From an uncultured Acidobacteriota bacterium (GTDB lineage Bacteria > Acidobacteriota > UBA6911): DNA of 64,000 nt. Below, in pieces: positions 16,523 through 27,500 of the stretch; position 1 is the first letter of the stretch, and every line of letters begins with the position of its first letter. The notes beneath the pieces were generated by a model. The model was not told the origin of the DNA. It ran no database searches and saw only the letters and a list, made by a program, of their open reading frames with translations. A program made the position numbers and the translations under genes. Where the stretch lies: positions 41,713 to 105,712 of the forward strand of contig CAWJKZ010000023.1 in assembly GCA_963843575.1 (NCBI GenBank), given 5' to 3'.

Positions 16523-17953
16523 AAACCTGCCCCAGAGGAACTGATTGGTTACTTCGTGGTGGAACTGGATTTCGCTGCGCTTGACGCGCTCGCCGAGCGC
16601 CTTGGGACAACGCTCCGCGGATGCCAGTTTCAGCTCGGCGTACTTTTCGTGCACCTGCTCGCCGAGCAGTTCCTGTGCGAACTTGCTCCCCTTGAACAGC
16701 CGGATCGCGTCGTAAATGTTGTCGGGGAGGAAGCGGGTGCGCTGGCGCTTCCCGTCGTTGTCGGCGTCCATGGCCGGCCCTGCGAGGCCCGTCTTGAACA
16801 GGGCAAAGATCGCCAGGTACGGGTTGGCGTCGGGCGCGATCGAGCGCACCTCGATGCGGGCCGTGCTCTCGTTGCCGATCGGTATCCGGATCATCGCACC
16901 GCGGTCCGACGGCGAGATCTTGATCTGGTTCGGGGCCTCGAAGTGCGGGTCGAGCCGGCGATACGAGTTGACGCTCGAGTTCAGGATCAGGCAGAGGTCG
17001 TCCGCGTTCGCCAGGATGCGGTTGATGAACTGCCAGGCAAAGTCCGACAGCCCGTCCCGGCCCTTTTTGTCGTGGAAAATGTTCTTCCCGGCCTGCGAAA
17101 TCGACATGTTGGTGTGGCAGCCGCTGCCGTTGACGTTGGCGACCGGCTTGGGCAGGAACGACGCCGTCAGGTTCATCTGCGCCGCCACCTGGCGGGCGAT
17201 CAGCTTGTAGAGCTGCACCTGGTCCGCGGCGACCGTCGCCTCGGTGTAGGAGTAGTTCATCTCGAACTGCGACGGCGCCACCTCGGGATGGTCTTTCTCG
17301 TTCCCGAATGCAAGCGCCCGCTGCACCTCGGCGGACGTGTCGATGAACTTGCGCAGCGTGTCTCCCGGCAAAGAGTGGTAGTAGCCCCCCGTCGAGACGT
17401 ACTCGAACTGGCCCGTCTCAAAGTACCGCCGCTCGGCGTCAGGCCCCTTGAAGATGAACCCCTCGATCTCGTTGGCCGCCTGCGCCACCATCTCCGACTT
17501 GCGCAACTCGGCGGCGAAGGCCTTCAGCCGCGCACGCATGTCCGCCATATACGGCGTCCCGTCCTGGTCGCAAACCTCCCCGAACACCAGCACCTTGCCC
17601 GGGCCGAACACGTCCGCCGGCAGGTGGTAAAAGGCGGGCCAGTCGATCATCAGGCGCAGGTCCGATTCCGCCTGACGCGAAAAGCCGCGGATGGAAGAGC
17701 CGTCGAACGTCATGTTGTCCGCCGACTTCAACAGAAACTTCTTGTCGTAGTCCAACATGTGGAAGCGCCCTTCCAGATCGGTGAAGCAGACCGTCACCGC
17801 CTTGATGCGCTTCTCGTCGGACAGATACCCCATGCGCGCGTCGCGGATCTTGCCAGGATCCTTGCCCGCAATCCGGTCAGCCTTGGCCTCGAGGTTCATC
17901 TGCTCGAGCTTGTCATACGGGATCTCCAAAAAGTCACGCAGCGGCGTCTCCAT
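16520..17953 (-). CDS. glnA: Glutamine synthetase (type I-like)
   Basis: FDGSSI, HPEVAPSQFE, ASFLPKP..NVNGSGCHTNMS, NSYRRLDPHFEAP, RGAMIRIP, RIEVRS.PDANPYL. Confidence 0.93.
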   Translation of the reverse strand: METPLRDFLEIPYDKLEQMNLEAKADRIAGKDPGKIRDARMGYLSDEKRIKAVTVCFTDLEGRFHMLDYDKKFLLKSADNMTFDGSSIRGFSRQAESDLRLMIDWPAFYHLPADVFGPGKVLVFGEVCDQDGTPYMADMRARLKAFAAELRKSEMVAQAANEIEGFIFKGPDAERRYFETGQFEYVSTGGYYHSLPGDTLRKFIDTSAEVQRALAFGNEKDHPEVAPSQFEMNYSYTEATVAADQVQLYKLIARQVAAQMNLTASFLPKPVANVNGSGCHTNMSISQAGKNIFHDKKGRDGLSDFAWQFINRILANADDLCLILNSSVNSYRRLDPHFEAPNQIKISPSDRGAMIRIPIGNESTARIEVRSIAPDANPYLAIFALFKTGLAGPAMDADNDGKRQRTRFLPDNIYDAIRLFKGSKFAQELLGEQVHEKYAELKLASAERCPKALGERVKRSEIQFHHEVTNQFLWGRF

Positions 17954-18005
17954 CTCTCTCCTCCAATTAACGCTCCATCTTCATGGCACTAAAAATACTC
18001 TTTAT

Positions 18006-18034
18006 ATTATAAAAATCAATATAATTACTATAAA
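18006..18034 (-). promoter_or_regulatory. Putative sigma70 promoter of glnA in an AT-rich tract
   Basis: Minus strand TTTATA, 17 nt spacer, TATAAT; GGAGGAG RBS before the ATG. Confidence 0.5.
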
Positions 18035-18082
18035 ATGCGCAAAATTAGTTGTTCGCGCACGCGGAATCTTCGAGATTCTTCT

Positions 18083-18136
18083 GGCATTCGAGCCTTCGAG
18101 GCGAGGTCCAGACCTCACCTCGAAGGCTCGAATGCC
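18083..18136. repeat. Long hairpin (26-bp arms, 1 mismatch), CCTCGAAGG-type repeat; possible terminator between ridA and glnA
   Basis: GGCATTCGAGCCTTCGAGGCGAGGTC-CA-GACCTCACCTCGAAGGCTCGAATGCC. Related motifs near 8185-8220, 57780-57865 and 62212-62300. Confidence 0.8.
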
Positions 18137-18195
18137 TCAGAAGAAATGCCAAGTCGTTGCGGTCCAGCCGTGCCCTCACCTGTCCCCGAGTTTGT

Positions 18196-18597
18196 TCAGA
18201 TGGCGGCGATGACGGTGATTTCGACACGGGCGCCCGCGGGGAGCGCCTGCACCTGGACCGTGGTGCGTCCCGGCGGGGCGTTTCGGAAGTACTCCGCGTA
18301 GACCTGGTTCATCTGCTGGAACTCCCCGAGGTCCGTCATGTGGACGGTGCACGCAACGGCGTCATCGAAGGTGGCGCCCGCCTCCGCCAGGATGTTCTTG
18401 ATGTTCTCGAGCGTCTGGCGGGTCTCCGGCACGATCCCTCCGGGCACGATCTTTTCAGTTTTGGGGTCGATGCCCTTCTCCCCCGCTACGAATACCAGGT
18501 TGCCGACCTGGATGCCCTGCGAATAGGGCCCTATCGGCGCAGCCGCCTTGTTGGTCTTGAGTACGCGCTTCTTCGCATCCGTGTTATGACGTGCCAA
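18196..18597 (-). CDS. ridA: RidA-family enamine/imine deaminase
   Basis: AAAPIGPYSQGI, TRQTLENIKNIL, MNQVYAEYF..APPGRTTVQVQALP.GARVEI; TTG start with AAAGGAG RBS. Confidence 0.92.
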   Translation of the reverse strand: MARHNTDAKKRVLKTNKAAAPIGPYSQGIQVGNLVFVAGEKGIDPKTEKIVPGGIVPETRQTLENIKNILAEAGATFDDAVACTVHMTDLGEFQQMNQVYAEYFRNAPPGRTTVQVQALPAGARVEITVIAAI

Positions 18598-18769
18598 ATT
18601 GTCTCCTTTTCTCGTTCGGTTGGTCAGCTTGCCATTATAAACGCCGGCGATCTGATTCAGTAAAATCCGCGGCTGAAGTTCTCGTTCGCCACCGAATTCC
18701 GGCGAGTGGGCCGCGGCGGCTCGACGCGGCCCAGGATGCGTCAAGACGTTGATTCTTCGGAGGCTCAAA

Positions 18770-18977
18770 ATGGGGAGCACGATCCGTCGCGGTTGTCTTC
18801 TGCTGTCGTTTGTGATTGCGTTCGCACACCCCGTTCCGCCATAGATCCGGATGGCGAAGGTGACCGGTGGGGAGGTGGAGGGCGTCGTGTCGGGCGGGGT
18901 GGCCTCCTTCAAGGGTATCCCGTATGCCGCACCGCCGGTGGGGGAGCTGCGGTTGCGCGCGCCGCAGCCGGTCGTGT
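18770..18977 (+). pseudogene. 5' fragment of a type-B carboxylesterase
   Basis: Signal peptide, internal TAG, then VTGGEVEG...[21 protein letters not shown]; truncated at a palindromic repeat. Confidence 0.8.
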
Positions 18978-18981
18978 TTTT

Positions 18982-19076
18982 GGACGCGGATCAACGCGGA
19001 TCAACGACAAAGGCATAGGTGACAGGTCACGCGGCCGATCGGCGTGTACCGCTCAGATCCGCGGAGATCCGCGTCC
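18982..19076. repeat. Palindromic ACGCGGAT-type extragenic element
   Basis: GGACGCGGATCAACGCGGATC ... GATCCGCGGAGATCCGCGTCC (19/21 complementary). Half-sites also at 54117-54137 and 55886-55904. Confidence 0.75.
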
Positions 19077-19100
19077 TGGAAACGTCAGCGTACTCCCGCC

Positions 19101-21041
19101 CTACGGGCCCAGTGCGGCGATGCGGTCCAGATCGAAAAACCGGTACAGGTCGAGGCAGAACAGTTCGGGCGCGTCCTGGAATTCGACGGGCTTCTCGAGC
19201 AGGTGCGCCAGGCTCCCGATGCCCTCGTGCACGGCGACGTTGCGATACAGGCCAGGCTCCAGGGCTGCGGCGATCAGCGCCACCGTCTGGCTCCGCATCC
19301 CGCAGGCTTCCAGCCTGATCCTGCCGCCGCCGGCGGACCTCTGGAGCCAACGGCTCAGCGCGTGCAACTGGGCGGCCTGCACGCCGAGCACCCTTCTTCC
19401 CATACTGTGCAGGATCTGGACGTACAAGGAGGCGTCGATGCCTTTCCACGCATCCCCGATGAAGAGCAGGTCCGCGGCGAGCACCTGTTCCCCCCGATTA
19501 ACCCGGTCACAGACGATCGAGGCCGCCTCGCCGCGGCCCTTGTCGTGCAGGACTATGGTCGCGGGGGCGGCGGGCGCCGCGGCGAGCGACTTCACGAGGA
19601 CGCCCGTCGCCGGCAATCCGTCGGCCATCAGGAAGTTGTAGGATAGGGTTTCGACGCCCTTGTTCTTGCTGTTCATGACATTCCACGGGCCGGAGATGTC
19701 GATCGGATTGCAGCGGACCGTCTCCCTGAGCTTCTCCCGCTCCGCGCGCACCCAATCCTGGCGTGCCGCCGCCTCTGCAGGCGGCGTTGAAAGCACCGTC
19801 GAACGGCTGATCCTGCGCGCCAGGCCGAGGATCGTGAGGTTGTCCTTGGGGAGGCCGACCACCAGCTCGTCTCCGCTCTTGATCTCCGCGTCGACGGGGC
19901 TTTCACCGTCGACCGGCGGCAGGCCGAAGCTCCTGGCAAAAAAGCGATAGGCGGCCACCCGGTTGTCCAGCTGGTAGTTGTGGTTGCCCGGGTCGGCGTT
20001 TTCGTGCCACTCGAGTGCCTCCTCCTTGCCGTAAAGCCCGAAGACCGGGCGGATGGCGTCGTAGATCCAGGGTTTGGCCATCGGGGCGCGGAAGCAGCAA
20101 TCGTCTTCGGCGTTGTATGCCAGGAGGGTGGGGCGGGGGGCGCGCAGGGCGACGAGGTGAGGGTAGTCGATCGTTCGGATGAAATCCGTCGCATTCTGCT
20201 CGATATCCCCGAGGTCGCCGAAATCGCGCGCCTCGACGCGGGTGCGGGTGGCGGCAAAACCGGCGACAGGCACCGAAGCGGCGACGCGCTCGTCGAGAGA
20301 GCTCAGCACGATGGTCTGCCAGCCGCCGCCCGAGAGCCCCGTCATGCCGACCCGTGCGCGGTCGGTGTTCGGGTGCTCCCACAGGTAGTCGAGCCCCTTG
20401 CGCATCGCCAGGTAGAAGAGGCCGAGTCCGTTCGCGCCGACGAGGTCCAGGTGGGCGCCGAACCAGTGACGGTTCTCCGGCTGGCTCAGTTCGCCGAAGG
20501 CCAGCCACTCGAGGTTCAGCGCCAGGATGCCGCGTTTCGCAAAGTTGATGCACCGCTTCTGCTTGTACTCGACAGCCTTGCCGATCGGGCCGACGTGCCC
20601 GTTGACGTTGAGGATGGCGGGGACCTTGCCCGCCAGGCGTTCTGGCTCGTAGAGGAGCGCGGCCGAGTAGAAGCCGGGCACAATCTCGTAGCGCAGCCTG
20701 CGCACGCGATACCCGGGCCCCGACTCGATCAACCCGGCGTCCTCGAAGCGGGGGGCGGCGTTCACCCATTCGGCCGGCCAGCCGTGGAACACGACCTCCC
20801 TCAACAGCGTCTCCCGCAGCTTCTTCGCCTCGGCCGTCCACTGCCCGGACGTTGCCGGAGCCGGCGGCGGGGGGAGGTTGCGCACGATGTGTTGTTTCAC
20901 CTGGAAGAGCGCGGCCGCCGGGGGGAGGATCTCCGCCCGCAGGACCGGCTGCACCTGGCCCACCTCACTCTGGGCGGACACGCGGGGAGCCATGTGGATC
21001 GACAGGACTGCCAGGCAAACGGCAGGGAATAATCGGCGCAT
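19101..21041 (-). CDS. Secreted alpha/beta hydrolase (acetylxylan esterase-like)
   Basis: Signal peptide, PAILNVNGH, GMTGLSGGG nucleophile elbow, APRPTL, HNY. Confidence 0.85.
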   Translation of the reverse strand: MRRLFPAVCLAVLSIHMAPRVSAQSEVGQVQPVLRAEILPPAAALFQVKQHIVRNLPPPPAPATSGQWTAEAKKLRETLLREVVFHGWPAEWVNAAPRFEDAGLIESGPGYRVRRLRYEIVPGFYSAALLYEPERLAGKVPAILNVNGHVGPIGKAVEYKQKRCINFAKRGILALNLEWLAFGELSQPENRHWFGAHLDLVGANGLGLFYLAMRKGLDYLWEHPNTDRARVGMTGLSGGGWQTIVLSSLDERVAASVPVAGFAATRTRVEARDFGDLGDIEQNATDFIRTIDYPHLVALRAPRPTLLAYNAEDDCCFRAPMAKPWIYDAIRPVFGLYGKEEALEWHENADPGNHNYQLDNRVAAYRFFARSFGLPPVDGESPVDAEIKSGDELVVGLPKDNLTILGLARRISRSTVLSTPPAEAAARQDWVRAEREKLRETVRCNPIDISGPWNVMNSKNKGVETLSYNFLMADGLPATGVLVKSLAAAPAAPATIVLHDKGRGEAASIVCDRVNRGEQVLAADLLFIGDAWKGIDASLYVQILHSMGRRVLGVQAAQLHALSRWLQRSAGGGRIRLEACGMRSQTVALIAAALEPGLYRNVAVHEGIGSLAHLLEKPVEFQDAPELFCLDLYRFFDLDRIAALGP

Positions 21042-21139
21042 TGGGAGACCTCCGTTTCGTTAGCGTAGCAATAAAATAGTGTAGCGCAGGTCATAGTTGA
21101 GGAGACATCCCAAGAAGCTCATCTCAAAGTCTTAAAGTC

Positions 21140-21952
21140 TCAAAGAATCTCGAAGAGGCCGGAAAGGCGGTCCAGGACGGCATGGACGGTTCCGCTCGAG
21201 CCGTCCGGGCTGAGGCCGCGCTCGATTTCGCGGCTCTCGAGCTGCAGCCGGAAGACCTCTTCGCGTCCCTCGGGCGCCAGGTCGAGCCACGCGGTCGACG
21301 GCAGGATCCGCCCCGAACGGTCTCTCTCTCGGAAGGCGGAACACGCCTGCTCGATCAGGATTTCAGGCCGTCCTTTTTTCATAGTGAGAATCTCCGCGAG
21401 CCGGACGCCCTTGCGCTCCAGGCACGGCCGGAGCAGGTTGCGGGCCCGTACGACATTCTGGAGGAAAGTGTTGACCTTCATGCCGGCCGCCGCCGCGGCT
21501 TCCCGGTCGCCGCGGTACCCCTCGCGGAGCCGGGCCAGGAGCGCGCCCCGTGGCTTCCCCGGCAGCTGTGCTACGCAGCCATCGATCGCCTTGCGGAGGA
21601 ACGGGTCCGGCAGAGGCGGCTCGACAACGACGTCCGGTGCATCGTCAAGGGGCTCCTCCATCCGGTAGCGCCGGATCTCCTCGCGCGCGACATTCCTGGC
21701 AACCCCGCAGGCGAATTTCAGCGAAGCGTTTTCCGTCTTCAGCACGCGGTCCGGGTCGTTGGCGAGTATCCACATCCGCAGCAGGGTTTCCTGCATGACG
21801 GATTCGACGTCCACCGACCGGGCGAAACGGGCCAGGGTGCGGCGGATGGGCATCTCCACCATGCCCATCCACTGCGCGAACCCATCCTGGCTGCCGGAAC
21901 GGGCCAGCCGAAAGGCGGCGTCGACTTCGCCTGCGCGCCCTGGTTCGCTCAA
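21140..21952 (-). CDS. ECF-type sigma factor with an ~80-aa C-terminal extension (possibly a separate small gene from ATG 21382)
   Basis: DVESVMQETLLRMW (region 2), VARNVAREEIRR, CVAQLPGKPRGAL...AAAAGMKVNT...VVRAR (region 4); TTGA overlap with the vWA gene. Confidence 0.75.
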   Translation of the reverse strand: MSEPGRAGEVDAAFRLARSGSQDGFAQWMGMVEMPIRRTLARFARSVDVESVMQETLLRMWILANDPDRVLKTENASLKFACGVARNVAREEIRRYRMEEPLDDAPDVVVEPPLPDPFLRKAIDGCVAQLPGKPRGALLARLREGYRGDREAAAAAGMKVNTFLQNVVRARNLLRPCLERKGVRLAEILTMKKGRPEILIEQACSAFRERDRSGRILPSTAWLDLAPEGREEVFRLQLESREIERGLSPDGSSGTVHAVLDRLSGLFEIL

Positions 21953-24258
21953 AGCCGCGGCTCCAGTCTGATGAACAGATCCATGTTGAAACGGCCTGGC
22001 CAGTTGATGCGGGCCGTGTCGTGCTCCCAGTTATATCCTCGTTCGAGCGCCAGGGCGAGCTGCACCGTCAGGCCGGCCCCGTGAGGCCCTGGGCTGCTGC
22101 TGTCCCGCGCGATCACCCGCCCGGTGCAGGAAACCCCGTCGTCAAACGCGACGCTGATTGGTACCCCGTCTTTCGGCAGGGTAAACCCTGCCGCCGGCAC
22201 CTCGAACTCGAAGACCAGCAGCCCGCCTTCGATGCTCAAAACCCGACCTTCGATGCTGCGACTCCGCTCTTCGCGGACCAGCGGCCGAAACATGCGCGCT
22301 CGCACGCGCGAAGAACGAAGTGGAAGCGACACATCCTCGAAGGCGAGGTCGGGACGTGCCGAGGCCATGTCAAGGCACATGAACTGTGCCGTGGCGCGAG
22401 GCAGCAGGCCCGCCGCTTCCGCCGATACGCCGGCAGGCACCTCGACCGGCAGGCGCTCGCGCCGGCGCGGATCCGTCGGGTCGACGGTGGTGTCTTCCGA
22501 GATGGCGATGAGGCTCGTGCTGCGGCTCGGGATGCCGTGGCGCAGCGCGACTTCCTCGAGTTTCTCCTCAAGCCGCCGAACCGATCCTTTCCCGGCGGCG
22601 GCAATCTCGAGCTCGAGGTCCTCGACGGCGTGCCGCCCGAACAGGGCTCCGACCGGGAGGTCGGTCACCCCCGGCCCGGGAGCCGCGGAACCCGAAGCCG
22701 GCGGGATCTCCAGGCATCGCACCCACGACGCGCGGCTGCCGGCGAGCTTGCCCTGGATCCGGATTTCGCCCCCCTCGGTCCCCACTTGCGCAAACAGGAC
22801 CAGCGGCTGTCCGGCGAAAACGTCCTGGGGCCGGCTCGGGGCCAGGGCCACCAGTGCGTATCCCGTCACCTCGATGTCCGCCAGGACCGGCCGGACCGTC
22901 GCCCGCAGCAGCCGCGCCGCGGCGGTCCCGGCCTCCTTGCGAGAGCCGGCCACGATCTCGCTGCCCCGGCCCGCGCGCGCCACGCCGCGGGTAAGCGACC
23001 GGTTTGGTGCCGAACCGATTCCCACGGCGTGAACCCTGGTCCCCGGGGCGAGCCGGCGCATGACCTGTCCGATCACCTCCCCCTCGAACCCGATGTAGCC
23101 GTCCGAGAGGAGTATCACCTGCCGCTGGGAGTCGTCCCGCAGCGGCCTGAGGGCTTCCACCAGGGCCCGGGTCATCTCCGTCGAGCCGGAGGCCTCGACG
23201 TCCTGCAGTTCCTTCAGGGCGCGCTCGACGTTCTTCTCCCCGGCCTCGGCCGGCTGCCGCACGAGCCGGCGGACGTCGTCGGCGAAGGTCAGGATCTCGA
23301 AGCGGTCGCCGGCGTCCAGGCTGCGCAGGAGCTCGGTAGAGACGATCTTCGCGCACTCCAACGGCTCGCCCGACATCGACCCGCTCGCGTCGATCAGCAG
23401 GGTGAGGTCGCGGCGAAGCGCCGCGACCGCCGCGGCCGGGGGGGTGACGGTGATCATCAGGTAGCGTCCCGTGTCGCACGGGAGCCCCTTGCCCTCGACG
23501 ACCCGGACCCCGACCTCCTGTTTCACGGCCGCCCAGCGGACCACCAGGTCCCGGTCCAGCCGCATTGCCTGCCGGAGAAAGGCGCGGACACCGTCCCCGC
23601 TTTCCTCGAGCTCGAGCTCGAGGCCGGGAGCGTTTGGGTGGATCTCGCCGGCGGAGCCGTCCGCGATCCGCAAACTGGCTGCCAGCCTCACCGGGATCTC
23701 CGAATCGGCGCGGTCCACGTCCAGCCTAACGGCGTCCGGTACCCTGCCCGGGCCCCCCTCGTATCTCACCCCGACGACGGTAGGGAAGCGGTACTCCCAC
23801 TCGGCGCGCCCCTCGCCGTTCGCAGGAACGAAGGCCAGCGGCTGCAGCACTTCGATCTCGATCTCCGCGCCCTGCCCCGGAGGCAGGCTGCCCAGCTGCT
23901 GGGTGAACGTGTCGGCGCGCACCTGTTCGAGCAGCGCGGCCGTGCGCCCTTCCAGCAGCGCCTTGCGGTACTCCTGCCGGGCCTCTTCGCGCTTGCGGAT
24001 CTCGCCCCGGATCACGCGCGGCCCGAGCCGGATGGTGTAGCCGGTGACCGTCCCGTCGGCCGGCAGCGGAAGCGTGTAAAGCACTTCCAGCGGTTCCCGG
24101 TATGGGTTGTCGTATGACTGGGTCAACTTCGTGGCCGCGATGCCGCCCTCGGCCCGCGCGTCGATGCTCGCCGATTTCAACGGGTAGACGTCCCCCTTCA
24201 CCGAGACGAGCCCGGCCGCGCGCGCCGGTCCTGCCTGTGCCAATGCGCCTGTCGCCAT
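21949..24258 (-). CDS. VIT plus vWA domain protein
   Basis: VIT (QSYDNP...LEVLYTLPLPADGTV), MIDAS DASGSM, GSTEM, LSDG, HAVGIGSAPN; AAAAGGAG RBS. Confidence 0.92.
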   Translation of the reverse strand: MATGALAQAGPARAAGLVSVKGDVYPLKSASIDARAEGGIAATKLTQSYDNPYREPLEVLYTLPLPADGTVTGYTIRLGPRVIRGEIRKREEARQEYRKALLEGRTAALLEQVRADTFTQQLGSLPPGQGAEIEIEVLQPLAFVPANGEGRAEWEYRFPTVVGVRYEGGPGRVPDAVRLDVDRADSEIPVRLAASLRIADGSAGEIHPNAPGLELELEESGDGVRAFLRQAMRLDRDLVVRWAAVKQEVGVRVVEGKGLPCDTGRYLMITVTPPAAAVAALRRDLTLLIDASGSMSGEPLECAKIVSTELLRSLDAGDRFEILTFADDVRRLVRQPAEAGEKNVERALKELQDVEASGSTEMTRALVEALRPLRDDSQRQVILLSDGYIGFEGEVIGQVMRRLAPGTRVHAVGIGSAPNRSLTRGVARAGRGSEIVAGSRKEAGTAAARLLRATVRPVLADIEVTGYALVALAPSRPQDVFAGQPLVLFAQVGTEGGEIRIQGKLAGSRASWVRCLEIPPASGSAAPGPGVTDLPVGALFGRHAVEDLELEIAAAGKGSVRRLEEKLEEVALRHGIPSRSTSLIAISEDTTVDPTDPRRRERLPVEVPAGVSAEAAGLLPRATAQFMCLDMASARPDLAFEDVSLPLRSSRVRARMFRPLVREERSRSIEGRVLSIEGGLLVFEFEVPAAGFTLPKDGVPISVAFDDGVSCTGRVIARDSSSPGPHGAGLTVQLALALERGYNWEHDTARINWPGRFNMDLFIRLEPRL

Positions 24259-24548
24259 GATGTCTATTCTCCTTTTATACCCATCCATGACTCCAGCACG
24301 CCAATTCGTGACACTGAATTTGGAGTGCGGCGCCTCGGCGCCGCTTTCCGCTCATGTGGATCTGCCTGCGCCTTGAACCGGCTGCGGCCTCCTACCGGCA
24401 ACAAACCGAGACGGGGCGACACAAATCGGCCCGCCGCGGCCCACCGATCTGTATTGCATGCCAACCTGACCTGGCATAGAGTTCGGGCAAACGTTGGCAT
24501 CTTCGCGCGAGACACTGTGTCGCTCGTCATTACTTCCAAGATCCCTCA

Positions 24549-27500
24549 ATGGAAATGCGAGGTAATACAGCACCATCGGATACAGGAGACCGCCAGTTCC
24601 GGATTCCCTCCATAACGCTTCCCACGGGAGGCGGGGCGATCCGCGGCATCGGCGAGAAGTTCGCCGCCAACCCGGTCACCGGCACCGGCTCCATGTCGGT
24701 GCCCATCGCCACCAGCCCCGGGCGATCCGGCTTCGGCCCCCAGCTTTCGCTCTCCTACGACTCCGGCTCCGGCAACGGCCCATTCGGCTTCGGCTGGAGC
24801 CTCTCGCTCCCGTCCATCACCCGCAAGACCGACAAGGGCCTGCCGCAGTATCGGGATGCCGAGGAGTCGGACGTCTTCATCCTCTCGGGCGCCGAGGACC
24901 TCGTGCCGGTTCTGCCGAGCCGGACGGCACTGCGGTTCAAGGACGACACGCACCGCCGCCGGGCTTACCTGATCCATCGCTACCGTCCCCGCATCGAGGG
25001 CCTGTTCGCCCGCATCGAGCGCTGGACGAAGGTCGCAACCGGCGAGATCCACTGGCGCTCGATCACCCGCGACAACGTCACGACGCTGTACGGCGAAGGA
25101 CAACAACTCCCGCATCTTCGATCCCGCCGACCCGTCTCCGGCCAATCCGACGCGCATCTTCAGCTGGCTCATCTGCGAGAGCTACGACGACAAGGGCAAC
25201 GCCATCGTCTACGAGTACGCGGCAGAGAACGACGACAACGTGGATCGCGGCCAGGCCAACGAGCGCAACCGCGTGCGCACCGCCAATCGCTACCTGAAGC
25301 GCATCAAGTACGGCAACCGCGTCTCGCGCCTCATCGCAGCCGCGACCTGTCAGCTCAGGCGTCCTGGATGTTCGAGGTGGTCTTCGACTACGACGAGGGC
25401 CACTACGAGGAGGTCGATCTCGACCCAGCCCGGCCCGAGGCCGAACAGCACCGGTTTGTCCGCGCCTCAGCCTCGGCGGCGTCGGCCTTGGGCGGTTCGC
25501 CCCGACCCGTTCTCCTCCCATCGCGCCGGCTTCGAGGTGCGCACGTATCGCCGTTGCCGCCGCGTCCTGATGTTCCATCACATTCCCGACCTTCCCACGG
25601 GCGAGAAGGGCTACGACGGCCTGGTGCGGTCCACCGAGTTCGACTACGCCGACCTTGACTACACGGCAGCCCGTCGCGATCGAAGACGAGCTCGCCCATC
25701 AGGGCAGCACCCGCTTCGCGTCGTTCATTCGCGCTGTCACGCAGTCAGGCTACGTGCGGGACGACACCCAGGCCGTGGTCGTGCGCAACGGCGTCGCATA
25801 CGCCACCTACCTCAAGAAATCGCTGCCGCCGCTCGAGTTCGAGTACAGCAAGGCAGCCATCCAGGACCAGGTCCGCGAGCTCGACGCCGGAAAGCCTCGA
25901 GAACCTGCCCGCCGGTCTCGACGGCTCGACCTACCAGTGGGTCGACCTGGACGGCGAAGGAATCTCCGGCATCCTGACGGAGCAGGCCGGCGCCTGGTTC
26001 TACAAGCCGAACCTGGGCAGACGGCCGCTTCGGCCCGCTCGAGACCGTCGCCGCGAAGCCCTCGCCTGGCGGCTCTGAGCGGCGGCGCGCCAGCAGCTCC
26101 TCGACCTCGCCGGCGACGGCCAGCTCGACCTGGTGACGCTCGCCGGCCCCACGCCGGGCTTCTACGAGCGCACCCGCGACGAGGACTGGGAGCCGTTCCG
26201 GCCGTTCCGTCGCTGCCCAACATCGCGCTGGGACGACCCGAACCTCCGGTTCGTCGACCTGGACGGCGACGGCCACGCCGACGTGCTGATCACCGAAGCA
26301 CGACGCCTTCACCTGGCACCCCTCGCTGGCGGAAGAGGGCTTCGGCCCGGCCCGGCGCGTCCGCTCAGCCGCTGGACGAGGAGCGCGGCCCGCGCCTGGT
26401 CTTCGCCGACGGCACGCAGTCCATCTACCTCGCCGACATGTGCGGCGACGGCCTCACCGACCTCGTGCGCATCCGCAACGGCGAGGTCTGCTACTGGCCG
26501 AACCTGGGCTACGGCCGCTTCGGCGCCAAGGTCACGATGGACAACGCGCCCTGGTTCGACAACCCCGACCAGTTCGACCAGCGCCGCATCCGCCTGGCCG
26601 ACATCGACGGCTCCGGCACCACCGACATCATCTACCTGGCACCGCGACGGCGTGCGCCTCTACTTCAACCAGTCGGGCAATCGGCTGGAGCGAAGCGCGC
26701 CGCCTGGCCCAGTTCCCGCGCGTCGACAACGTCTCCTCCGTCATGACGGCCGACCTGCTCGGCAACGGCACCGCCTGCCTGGTCTGGTCGTCGCCGCTGC
26801 CGGCGATGCGCGCCGGCCGCTGCGCTACATCGACCTGATGGGCGGGACCAAGCCGCACCTGCTGATCAAGTCGGTCAACAATCTCGGCGCGGAGACGCAG
26901 GTTCACTACGCGCCCTCGACCCGGTTCTACCTGGCGGACAAGCGCGACGGCCGGCCCTGGGTGACCCGGCTGCCGTTCCCCGTGCACGTCGTCGAGCGCG
27001 TCGACACCCACGATCGCATCAGCGGCAACCGGTTCGTCACCCGCTACGCCTACCACCACGGCTACTTCGACGGCATCGAGCGCGAGTTCCGCGGCTTCGG
27101 CATGGTGGAGCAGTGGGACACCGAGGAGTTCGCCGCGCTCAGCGCCGGCGGGCCGGCACCCGCCGGGACCAACGTCGACGCGTCCTCCCACGTTCCGCCG
27201 GTGCTCACCAAGACCTGGTTCCACACCGGCGTCTATCGTCGGCCGCGATCACGTCTCCGACTTCTTCGCCGGCCTCCTCGACGCCAACGACGCCGGCGAG
27301 TACTACCGCGAGCCCGGTCTCAACGATGCAGCAGGCGCGTGCGCTCCTGCTCGACGACACCGTCCTGCCCGCCGGCTTGACGGTCGACGAGGAACGCGAA
27401 GCCTGCCGCGCCCTCAAGGGCTCCATGCTGCGCCAGGAGGTCTACGCGCTCGACGGCACGGACAAGCAGCAGCACCCCTACACCGTCACCGAGCAGAACT

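Noticed and set aside
16556-17992. 478-aa plus-strand ORF
   Set aside because: Antisense mirror of glnA.
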